From Thermoplasmata archaeon (GTDB taxonomy: Archaea > Thermoplasmatota > Thermoplasmata > Lutacidiplasmatales > UBA184): a DNA stretch of 42,050 nucleotides. The stretch covers positions 1 to 42,050 of the forward strand of contig JAJZMW010000160.1 of assembly GCA_021848165.1 (NCBI GenBank), in the 5' to 3' direction. A program made the translations under genes and the position numbers. Under the pieces are notes generated by a model. The model was not told the DNA's origin, did no database searches, and saw only the letters and a list, made by a program, of their open reading frames with translations. Positions 17,833-26,241 of the stretch are shown here, in pieces. Position 1 is the first letter of the stretch. Each line of letters starts with the position of its first letter.

Positions 17833-19010
17833 GCGCGCGCCAGGTCGCGATCGTCGCCGGCGTGACGACCGCGTTCGGGGTCCGCCCGACCACCTGGAGC
17901 GAGATGGCCCAGGAGGTCGGGGCGGCGCTCTTCCGTGAGGAACCGGAATTGCGCAGCGAGGACGTCGACTCCCTCTTCGTTGGTGCCGCCGAACCGGAGC
18001 GGTTCGCCTTCCAATCGCACGTCGCCCCGCTCGCCGCGGAGCAGATGGGGTTGCGCCCCGACCGGATCCTGCAGCGGACCGAGCTTGCCTGCGCGTCGGG
18101 CCAATCGGCGATCCGCTCCGCGTACGCCGCCATCGCCGCCGGCCTGTCCGACATCGCCGTCGCCGTCGGGATCGAGAAGATGAACCTCCCGTCGATGGCC
18201 GAGGCGAACGCGTCGATGGGATGCGTGATGGATCGAGCGTGGGACGGGCCCCACGGCGCGACCGCCCCCCCGTTCTTTGCGATGGTCGCGCAGCGCCACA
18301 TGCTCGAGCACGGGACGACCGAGGAGCAGCTTGCCGCCGTCTCGGCGAAGAACCATCGGTTCGCCAACACCAACCCGACCTCGCAGTTCTATTCGAAGGT
18401 CTTCTCCCGGGAGAAGCTCGCCCGCCTGCCCCTCATCGCCCCCCCGCTGCGCCTCGGCGACTGCTCGAGCATGACCGACGGGGCGGCCGCCGTCGTCCTG
18501 ACGGCCGACGAGAACGTCCGGCGGTTCACGGAGACCCCCGCCTGGATCCGCGGGACCGGACAGTACTCCCATTTCCACAACCTGGCGCACGCCGGGTCCC
18601 TCACCGAGTGGCCCGGACTCACCCGGGCGGCGCGGGGGGCGCTCGGCCAGGCCGGCATCGGGATCGGCGACATCGACGTCGCCGAGCTCCACGACTGCTT
18701 CACGATCTCCGAGATCGTCGAGTACGAGGCGCTCGGTCTCTGCCCTCCGGGCCGGGGGGGGGCGTTCGTCGAGGAGGGGCGGTCGGACGTCGGCGGCGAC
18801 ATCGTCGTCAACCCGCGGGGCGGGCTCCTCGGCTGCGGCCACCCTCTCGGAGCGACCGGGATCGCTCAGGCGGTCGAGATCTTCGGCCAGCTGGGCCAAC
18901 GCGTGCCGGCGGCCCGCCAAGCTCCGCACGCCGAGTGGGGGCTCGTCCACAACCTCTCCGGCAGCGCGAACGTCCATTCGGTCATGGTCTATCAGGGCGG
19001 GGGGACGTGA
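17829..19010 (+). CDS. archaeal-type thiolase (acetyl-CoA C-acetyltransferase, SCP-x-like)
   Basis: Active-site region TELACASGQSAI, C-terminal GGLLGCGHPLGATG, and AELHDCFTISEI. ATGA overlap with the upstream gene. Confidence 0.85.
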   Translation: MSARQVAIVAGVTTAFGVRPTTWSEMAQEVGAALFREEPELRSEDVDSLFVGAAEPERFAFQSHVAPLAAEQMGLRPDRILQRTELACASGQSAIRSAYAAIAAGLSDIAVAVGIEKMNLPSMAEANASMGCVMDRAWDGPHGATAPPFFAMVAQRHMLEHGTTEEQLAAVSAKNHRFANTNPTSQFYSKVFSREKLARLPLIAPPLRLGDCSSMTDGAAAVVLTADENVRRFTETPAWIRGTGQYSHFHNLAHAGSLTEWPGLTRAARGALGQAGIGIGDIDVAELHDCFTISEIVEYEALGLCPPGRGGAFVEEGRSDVGGDIVVNPRGGLLGCGHPLGATGIAQAVEIFGQLGQRVPAARQAPHAEWGLVHNLSGSANVHSVMVYQGGGT

Positions 19011-19573
19011 TGGCCGCCGAAAGCCGTCCCCGCAAGCTTCCTCCGTCGGACGAGGCAGCGCGCCGATCGGAGTCGGCCCCCCCTCCCCCCGTCGCTTCGG
19101 CGGCGCCGCCCGCCCCGACCGAGCGCCCCCCCGCGAGCGCCCGGCCCCCGCTCCCGTTCCTCCTCGACTTCTTTCCGCTCGAAGGGCCGGAACACACGCG
19201 CCTATCGGCGTTCTACGACGAGCTCCGGCGTCGGCGATTCACGACCACGCGCTGCTCGGGGTGCGGGCAGCTCCACTGGCCCCCTCGCGTCGCATGCCCG
19301 GCCTGCCACTCGGAGTCGCTCGGATGGGTCGAACTCCCCACGACCGGACGGATCTACGCGTTCAGCGCCGTGCTCGCGGGAGCCCCGTTGGGCTTGGAAG
19401 GAGACGTCCCGTTCGCGGTCGGACTCGTCGACCTCGACGGCGTCCCGCTGCGCATTTTCGGGCGGATCGACGGCCGACCGTGGCCGGAGCTGCACGTCGG
19501 TGACCCGGTCCGGGTCGTCCCGTACGATCTGCCGGACGGACGGGCGTTCTACCGATTCGAGGTCGTCCCGTAA
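19010..19573 (+). CDS. DUF35 Zn-ribbon/OB-fold protein (thiolase-associated scaffold) with a Pro/Ala-rich N-terminal extension
   Basis: Rubredoxin-like CSGCG....PPR..CPAC followed by an OB-fold segment (GRIYAFS...VGLVDLDG). The ATG shares one nucleotide with the thiolase TGA. Confidence 0.8.
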   Translation: MAAESRPRKLPPSDEAARRSESAPPPPVASAAPPAPTERPPASARPPLPFLLDFFPLEGPEHTRLSAFYDELRRRRFTTTRCSGCGQLHWPPRVACPACHSESLGWVELPTTGRIYAFSAVLAGAPLGLEGDVPFAVGLVDLDGVPLRIFGRIDGRPWPELHVGDPVRVVPYDLPDGRAFYRFEVVP

Positions 19574-19619
19574 CGCCGGCGCTTCGGCGAGCGCGTCCTA
19601 TCGGTGGGAAAGGACAGCC

Positions 19620-19627
19620 TATTTATA
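19620..19627 (+). promoter_or_regulatory. archaeal TATA box (TATTTATA) with a purine-rich BRE-like stretch upstream; promoter of the aglB operon
   Basis: This is the only AT-only octamer in this intergenic region. GGAAAGGACAGCC lies immediately upstream, and the aglB ATG at 19675 is 48 nt downstream. Confidence 0.5.
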
Positions 19628-19674
19628 GTGGCCCAAGGTCTCGCGGCCCGCCGGTCCGAGGGCACCGGTCGTCA

Positions 19675-22600
19675 ATGGTCACCGATTCTCAGGGGTGGTG
19701 GAGCCGGCACGGGTGGACCGTCGCCCTGCTCCTCTCGGCCTTCGGGCTCGCGTTCGCGGTGCGGTCGATCTGGACGATCCCGGTCCTGAACCAGTTCGGG
19801 AACCTCTACGTCTACGCGGGCGGCTCGGATTCGTACTACCACTCGCGGGTGATGCAATTCATCATCTCGAACCACCGGACGCTGATCTTCGACCCGCTCT
19901 TGAACTACCCGATCGGAGCGATCAACCCCCGGGAGCCGCTGTTCGACTGGATGAATGCGATCCTCGGGATCGTCTTCGCCCCGCTCTTTGGCGGGAACGC
20001 CGATAACGCGGGCGCGTTCTTCCTCAATCTCCAGGCTCCGCTCTGGGCGGCGCTGAGCGTCTTCCCGATCTACCTCATCGGGCGGGAGGTCGGGGACCGC
20101 CGCACCGGGATCATCGCCGGGTTCATCTTCGCGTTCCTTCCGGCCACGATCACGGAATCGATCTTTGGCTACGGGAACTATCTGAGCTTCTACACCTTCA
20201 TCATCCTGGTCGTCATCTACTCCTACATCCGGACGGTCAGGGCCGTCGGGTCGCGCCGTTGGGTCGATTCCTACCGCCATCCGAGGTCGATCGTCGCCGG
20301 CCTGCGCGGGCTCTGGCGGACCGAACGCACCGCGATCAAATGGGCCGTGTTCACCGGCGTCGGGTTCGGGACGCTCGCTCTCGCCTGGCAAGGATACACC
20401 TACGCGATCGCGGTCATCGGCGTGTTCATCATCGTCGCGATGCTCATCGAGCGGATCCGCAAGGTCGATTCGTTCGGACTCTACGTCGTCACGTGGATCG
20501 TCGGGCTCGTGGGCTTTCCGATCGCCATGCCCTACTACTACTTCCAACACCAGTTCGTGGGGTGGTTCGACCTTCCGCTCCTGCTCTTCTTTGGGATCCT
20601 GCTCCTGCTCCTCCCCTTCCTCGTGCTCCGAGACTACCCCTGGGTCGTCTCGATCCCGGCCGTCATCGGCATCTACTTCGCCGGCGGCGTCGTGCTCTTG
20701 CTCCTCAACCCGACCTACTTCACGGAGATCGTCACCGGGCAAGGCTACTTCGTCAAGACACTGATCTACTCGACCGTCGCCGAAGCTCAGGCGCCGTCGT
20801 TCGACACGCTCGCGATCTCCTACGGTGTCGTCACCTTCTTCCTCGCCTTCGTCGGCGTCGGCCTCTACGGTTGGGCGCTGATCCGTTCCCGGTTCCCTCG
20901 CTGGCTCCTCGTGTTCCTGATCTTCGCGATCCTCTCGATCTACCTCCCCATCTCCGCCTCGAAGTTCCTGCTCCTCGGATCTCCCGCGTTCGCGCTCCTC
21001 GGCGCGGAAGCGCTGCGGCGGCTCTGGGACCTCGGAGGCTACTCCGATCTGCGCCAGGGCGTGAATTCGCTCGCGGACACGCGCAGCCGGCTCACGGCGA
21101 TCCGCAAGTCGTTCAAGGCGCGGCATGTGCTCATCGTTCTGCTCGTGGTCGGCCTTCTGGTCCCCAACGTCTGGTACGGCATGGACGCCGGCATCCCGAG
21201 CAACGTGAAGGCGCAGGCGTCGGACCAGGTGTACCATTCGCTGCCCTCGTGGCTCCAGGCCCCGGCGAGCCAGGCATCGAGCTTCTACTTCGGCGCGGCG
21301 GGCTCGGCGATCGACACGCCGAATCTGTACGACTCGGCCGGCTACTCTTGGTTAGCGCAGCAAGATACGGCCATCCCGCAACCCGAGCGACCCGCCCTGA
21401 TCGCGTGGTGGGACTACGGGTTCCAGACGATCGACCAAGGGCAGCATCCGTCGGTCGCCGACAACTTCCAGAACGGCATCGACCCGTCGGGGCAGTTCCT
21501 ACTCTCCCAGAACCAGTCGATCGCGATCGGGGTGCTCTCGACGACGCTCCTCTACGCCGAACTCGTGAAGGACGGCGGTTCTACTCTCCCGTCGGGGCTG
21601 ACGACCGTCCTCGCTTCGAACGGCATCAAGGTAGCCACGCTGATGGCGGACCTGACCGACCGGGCCGCCGACTACAACGCGGTCGTGGCGAACCCCCAGA
21701 TCTACATGCCCGTCAACCCGGCCACCCTCACCGACCTCAACGCGGTCTACATGGTGACGAGCTACTACCTCGCGACCCTGACGCCGACCGCGGTCGCGCA
21801 GGTGTACAACGCGATCCAGCAGTATACGGGTTGGTCGATCCGTTACGCGATGGCCGATAGCCGCCTGATCCCCTTCAGCGGCACGAGCACCGGCATCTAC
21901 TACGCGCCGGCCGATCTGACGGGCCGTCTGATCGACTCGGGGGGGAACCCGGAGACGTACTTCAACGTCACCGTGCTCGGCTCGAACGGGCAGTACTATC
22001 CTTCCGGCCAAGTGCCCCCGTCGGTCCAGGCGGTGAACTACTACGTGAACTATTTCGCGCCGTTCTACAACTCGATGATCTACCGGATCTACTTCGGCTA
22101 CAACGGGACCGATATCGGTCTCTCCGCCGGAATCCCGGGCCTCGCCGGTTCCCTCACGAGCTACCCGATCGAGCCGGGCTGGATGGAGTCGCACTTCATG
22201 GTGCAGTACCAGACGGCCTACTACTGCCCCACCCCGTCGCAGGCGGCGAGCCAGGGCTGCTTCTACGCCACGAACCGCCCCACGGCGGAGGCGCTCGCCG
22301 CGAGCCAGGGCGGGGTCGCGAACCTGAACGCGAGCGCCTACTTCGGCGGGGGCGAGTCGGTGCTCGTGTACTACGCCGGTCAGCCGATGACCGGGACGGT
22401 GACCCTCCCGAACGGCGTGCCGGTCGCGGGCGCGCGGGTGACGGTGGACGATGGCTGGGGGATCCCGCACCAGAGCGTCGTGACCGGCCCGAACGGCGAG
22501 TACTCGATCCTCTTGCCGCCGGGGAACGACACCGTGAACGTCACGATCGGGACCCTGCAGGGACTTAGCCAGCAAGGGAACATCGTCCTCGATTCGATCC

Positions 22601-25600
22601 CGATCCAGGTCTCGCCGGCGCTCGGATACAGCTTCTCGGCGCCCACCCTCGTCCGCTCGATCGTGCTGGATCCCTCGACCGTCTCGGGGATCGTGTACTG
22701 GAACATCGCGAACTCGACCGCCTACGTGCCCACGATCGACCCCGTCGCCGCCAACGCCCAGGTCGTCCTTTGGGGGGTTGCGAACGGGAGCCGCATCACG
22801 ACCTCGACCGACGCCGGGGGGACGTTCCAGCTCACGAACGTCCCGCCGGGGGTCTACGACTACAGCGTCCTCTACCAAGGCGCGAACTACACCCAAACGA
22901 GCGTCTACGTCAATCCGGCGAGCTCCCCGGTCAATGCGAGCGCGGGCCTGACGCCGGCGAACCTCACGGGGACCGTGAGCGACAGCTCCGGCGCGCCGAT
23001 CGCTCTCGCTGCCGTCACGATCCAAGGGGCGAACGGGCTCAGTCTTACCGTACCGACCGACAACCAAGGAACGTACACGCTCCAAGACCTCGGGCCCGGA
23101 AACTATACCCTCACCGCAGTCGGCCCTTCCGCGAACGAACGCTCCTTGGGAACATCGCTCGTCCTCACCTCGATCGGAGAGCACAAGGTCGTGAACCTGG
23201 TCGAAGCGCCGGTCGCACCGGTGAGCTTCACCGTCAGCGCGGGGGGGCTTCCGCTCGCGAACGTTCCGGTTCGATTGACCCCGGATCCCGGTGGGAACGG
23301 GACCTCCCCGGTCGCCTCTTACGTGCGAGCGCTCGCGAACGCGACCGTCCTTACCTCGAACGCCGCCGGGGTCGTCAGTGGCTACATTCCCGTCGGGCGA
23401 TACTCGGTCTACGCGGCCACGGTCGTGGGCTCGACCCTCGAGGCGGCGGTCGGCTCGCTTGACGTGTCCACCGCGGCGAGCGCCGTGATCGGTCCCTCCC
23501 TCATCCTCGCCCCGGCCGGATGGCTCACCGGCGCGATCGTCCCGTCGGCCGGGGCGAACTCGACCAGCGTGGTCGTGGCGTTCTCGTCCGGTGGGGCTTC
23601 CACGTACCTCGCGACGACCAACGGCTCGTTCGCCGTGGCGGTGCCGTTCGGGAACTACACCGTTCTCACGCTCCAGAGCCCGACAGGATCTTCGAGCTCT
23701 CTGGACGCCGCGCTCCAAGCGGCGAGCGTCCCGTCGCGCACGTCGCTCGCGGTCGACCCGGTGGTCGCGATCCGAACCACGGTGGCCGTGACGACCCCGA
23801 TCGGCGGTTCGGGAGAGTATCCGGCCGCCGGAACGACCGCCACCCTTTCGATCGGCGGGGGCCCGATCGCGATTTCCGTCCCCGTCAGCGCGGGCGGGAA
23901 CGCCTCCCTGATCGCCCCGTCGTCGTTGGCCAACGGGCAGACCTACTGCTTCTCGGTCGCCGGGTACGGCTACGCGTCCGCGCAGGAGTGCGGCATCGCC
24001 CCCGGGGCGCTCTCCTCGTTCACGCATCTTTCGATCGCGTTCGTCCCGGTCGCGCTGACGTTGGACCTCACGGGCGCCCCCGGGGGCGCGCCGGTGACCG
24101 TCTACCTCAACGGGACCAGCGCGACCGCCCCCGACTACATGGTGACGGGCACGAGCACCGTCACGGTGTCGGTGAACCCCGGCAACTACACCGTCGCGGC
24201 GATCGCGCCCGGCACGCCGGGTCGAACTCTGTACATGTCTCGCCCCGGCCCGACGCTCACCCTCCCTCTCGGGAGCGGGGCCAGGACCGAGTCGATCGCC
24301 CTCCAATTCGAAGTGAACGCGACCGGCACTCTGCTCCTTCCGGCAGGCCTCCCGGCCTCGAACGTGACGATCGAGCTGACCGGCGGGACGACGACCGCGC
24401 ACGTGAACGGAACCGCGTACACGCACGGCTTCTACGTCGCCCCCGGGAGCTATTCCGCCTATTCGGTCGGCACGAGCGCGTCGGGAAGCTTCACCAACCT
24501 CACGGGGGTGACGGTGTCGAACGGGGGGATCGTCTCGCCCACGGTCCGGCTCGGATTACCGGGCTACGTGCTGAGCGGCACGTTGGTCGCCCCCAACGGA
24601 ACCGTGGTTCCCGCCACGACGACCGTCGTCCTCACCTCGAGCGCCGGGGCCGTCGCCCGAGCGAGCGCGACGGCGGGGCGATTCTCGATCACCCTCCCCG
24701 CGGGCACGAGCTACACGGCGACGTCCCAAGCGACCGTCGTGACGGGGGGTCCCAACGGTTCGTACTTCGTGGAATGGTCGACCGTGCCCGGCGGGTCCGT
24801 CTGCTCGGTCGGCGCGGCCCCAAGCACGTGTCAGGTTTCGATGACCGGGTCGGTCCAGCCGGTCTGGTTCAACGGGACCGTTGGGGCGCCAGGGTATTCG
24901 GGTTTCCTCCCGTCGACGCTGACCTTGGTGGGTCCGTATCCGGCCGGGTCGCGAACGACGATCGCCGCCCCGAACGGCGTCTTCTCGGTCTCGGTCGCCC
25001 CCGGCGCCTACACGCTCTACGTCACGAGCGACGGCGCGACGAGCGCCTTTGCGAATCTGTCGAGCGTGACGATCCTGCCGTCCAGTGGGGCGTTCTCGGT
25101 CCGGCTCTCTGACGCGTGGCAGGATCTGATCACGATCCAATCCCCCGGGGGGGGTGGGATCGCGCCGAGCTCGGTGACGCTGAACGTCCTCTCGGTGACG
25201 GGCGCGCGGTGGGCGATCGACTCCGCGCCGCTCTCCGTGCCGATCCCGCTGACGCTGCCGATCGGGGTCTATTCGTTGCGGGCAAACGCGACCGGAAGCC
25301 CGTACGGGGCTCTCGCCGCCGCGCAGGCGCTCGGGAGCGCCACGATCCTCGGCGGGAACACGGCGACCCGGCTTTCGCTGGCCTGGTCGCTCACCACCGA
25401 CGTCTCGGGCCTGGCGCTCGGGACGGGACGCGTCGACCTCCCGGCGAGCGGGGGCCTCGTCCAGTTCAGCGTCACCCTCACGAACCACGGTTCCGCGCCC
25501 ACGCGGGTCAGCGTGGTCGTGAGCCCGGCGTACTGGACCGTCTCGACGTCGCTCACGAACGTGACCCTCGGCGTCACCGCTCCGACCAACACGACCTCGG

Positions 25601-26241
25601 GGATCGTCAGCGTGCTCGTCCCGGCGGGGACCCTCGTGGCGCACCCCGCCTTGATCGTCTCGATCGTGAACGCCTCCTCCGACGTGCCGGTCGCGACCGT
25701 GAAGGACCCGCCGACGGTCTTCGTGGCGCCGAGCTACGGGCTGACGCTCGCGCCCTCCAGCTCCCCCGCCCAGGTCGGTGCGACGCACGTCCTCGTACCG
25801 TTCTCCGTCACCAACACGGGGAATCTGATCGAGGGACTGTCGCTGACCGTCGTCAACGCGGCGCAGCTCGCGAGCCTCGGCTGGACCGCCAACATCGCCC
25901 CGGCGAGCGCGACCACCCCCACGGTCGATCCCGGTACGTCGGTCGTGTTCAGCCTCAACTTGACCGCGACCGGGCCGACGATCCCTCCCGCGACGGGGGT
26001 CGTGGCGGTCGAGGTCCTGAACGCGACGGGGGGCCTCCAGCGGACGATCTCCCTCACCATCCCGAGCACGCAGGTCGCGATCCAGCCCGGGCTCACGGTC
26101 ACCGGCCCCTCGCTCGGAAGCGCCCCGAACGTGCTCCCGACCGGGGCGCTGATCGCTCTGGCCCTGGTCCCGGCGATCGTCGTCGGCCTGCTCCTCGGCA
26201 TCTGGCGGTGGAACCGGACCCGGAGGTGGCAGCGGTGGTGA
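19675..26241 (+). CDS. aglB: giant AglB/STT3 oligosaccharyltransferase (2188 aa) fused to a sequon-rich beta-sandwich repeat array and a C-terminal membrane anchor
   Basis: The N-terminal ~500 aa are polytopic membrane protein with GGSDSYYH in the first external loop. WWDYG at aa 578-582 (nt 21406-21420) is followed by ADNFQNG. From about aa 900 the sequence is Thr/Ser/Val/Gly/Ala-rich and nearly charge-free, with about 30 N-x-S/T sequons. It ends with a TM helix and basic tail (ALIALALVPAIVVGLLLGIWRWNRTRRWQRW). The frame is open throughout. Confidence 0.85.
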   Translation: MVTDSQGWWSRHGWTVALLLSAFGLAFAVRSIWTIPVLNQFGNLYVYAGGSDSYYHSRVMQFIISNHRTLIFDPLLNYPIGAINPREPLFDWMNAILGIVFAPLFGGNADNAGAFFLNLQAPLWAALSVFPIYLIGREVGDRRTGIIAGFIFAFLPATITESIFGYGNYLSFYTFIILVVIYSYIRTVRAVGSRRWVDSYRHPRSIVAGLRGLWRTERTAIKWAVFTGVGFGTLALAWQGYTYAIAVIGVFIIVAMLIERIRKVDSFGLYVVTWIVGLVGFPIAMPYYYFQHQFVGWFDLPLLLFFGILLLLLPFLVLRDYPWVVSIPAVIGIYFAGGVVLLLLNPTYFTEIVTGQGYFVKTLIYSTVAEAQAPSFDTLAISYGVVTFFLAFVGVGLYGWALIRSRFPRWLLVFLIFAILSIYLPISASKFLLLGSPAFALLGAEALRRLWDLGGYSDLRQGVNSLADTRSRLTAIRKSFKARHVLIVLLVVGLLVPNVWYGMDAGIPSNVKAQASDQVYHSLPSWLQAPASQASSFYFGAAGSAIDTPNLYDSAGYSWLAQQDTAIPQPERPALIAWWDYGFQTIDQGQHPSVADNFQNGIDPSGQFLLSQNQSIAIGVLSTTLLYAELVKDGGSTLPSGLTTVLASNGIKVATLMADLTDRAADYNAVVANPQIYMPVNPATLTDLNAVYMVTSYYLATLTPTAVAQVYNAIQQYTGWSIRYAMADSRLIPFSGTSTGIYYAPADLTGRLIDSGGNPETYFNVTVLGSNGQYYPSGQVPPSVQAVNYYVNYFAPFYNSMIYRIYFGYNGTDIGLSAGIPGLAGSLTSYPIEPGWMESHFMVQYQTAYYCPTPSQAASQGCFYATNRPTAEALAASQGGVANLNASAYFGGGESVLVYYAGQPMTGTVTLPNGVPVAGARVTVDDGWGIPHQSVVTGPNGEYSILLPPGNDTVNVTIGTLQGLSQQGNIVLDSIPIQVSPALGYSFSAPTLVRSIVLDPSTVSGIVYWNIANSTAYVPTIDPVAANAQVVLWGVANGSRITTSTDAGGTFQLTNVPPGVYDYSVLYQGANYTQTSVYVNPASSPVNASAGLTPANLTGTVSDSSGAPIALAAVTIQGANGLSLTVPTDNQGTYTLQDLGPGNYTLTAVGPSANERSLGTSLVLTSIGEHKVVNLVEAPVAPVSFTVSAGGLPLANVPVRLTPDPGGNGTSPVASYVRALANATVLTSNAAGVVSGYIPVGRYSVYAATVVGSTLEAAVGSLDVSTAASAVIGPSLILAPAGWLTGAIVPSAGANSTSVVVAFSSGGASTYLATTNGSFAVAVPFGNYTVLTLQSPTGSSSSLDAALQAASVPSRTSLAVDPVVAIRTTVAVTTPIGGSGEYPAAGTTATLSIGGGPIAISVPVSAGGNASLIAPSSLANGQTYCFSVAGYGYASAQECGIAPGALSSFTHLSIAFVPVALTLDLTGAPGGAPVTVYLNGTSATAPDYMVTGTSTVTVSVNPGNYTVAAIAPGTPGRTLYMSRPGPTLTLPLGSGARTESIALQFEVNATGTLLLPAGLPASNVTIELTGGTTTAHVNGTAYTHGFYVAPGSYSAYSVGTSASGSFTNLTGVTVSNGGIVSPTVRLGLPGYVLSGTLVAPNGTVVPATTTVVLTSSAGAVARASATAGRFSITLPAGTSYTATSQATVVTGGPNGSYFVEWSTVPGGSVCSVGAAPSTCQVSMTGSVQPVWFNGTVGAPGYSGFLPSTLTLVGPYPAGSRTTIAAPNGVFSVSVAPGAYTLYVTSDGATSAFANLSSVTILPSSGAFSVRLSDAWQDLITIQSPGGGGIAPSSVTLNVLSVTGARWAIDSAPLSVPIPLTLPIGVYSLRANATGSPYGALAAAQALGSATILGGNTATRLSLAWSLTTDVSGLALGTGRVDLPASGGLVQFSVTLTNHGSAPTRVSVVVSPAYWTVSTSLTNVTLGVTAPTNTTSGIVSVLVPAGTLVAHPALIVSIVNASSDVPVATVKDPPTVFVAPSYGLTLAPSSSPAQVGATHVLVPFSVTNTGNLIEGLSLTVVNAAQLASLGWTANIAPASATTPTVDPGTSVVFSLNLTATGPTIPPATGVVAVEVLNATGGLQRTISLTIPSTQVAIQPGLTVTGPSLGSAPNVLPTGALIALALVPAIVVGLLLGIWRWNRTRRWQRW

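Noticed and set aside
21499-24426. 975-aa minus-strand ORF (with 19672-21237, 521 aa, and 24556-25788, 410 aa) antisense to the giant aglB gene
   Set aside because: The products are Arg/Gly/Asp/Pro-dominated low complexity with no recognisable motifs. The plus-strand frame carries clear STT3 motifs and a coherent membrane/beta-sandwich architecture. Long antisense shadow ORFs are expected in GC-rich DNA because stop codons are rare.
22300-26100. Possible CRISPR array or tandem DNA repeat underlying the repetitive protein region
   Set aside because: The periodicity is visible only at the amino-acid level (modules of 80-115 aa). I see no conserved nucleotide repeat units or spacer structure, and the frame is continuously open and coding.
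26137-26241. PGF-CTERM / archaeosortase sorting signal at the C-termini of the AglB fusion and of the downstream glycoprotein (also 26990-27083)
   Set aside because: Both end in a TM helix plus basic tail, but neither has the Pro-Gly-Phe motif preceding the helix. A plain membrane anchor is therefore the conservative reading, though a different sortase-type signal cannot be excluded.
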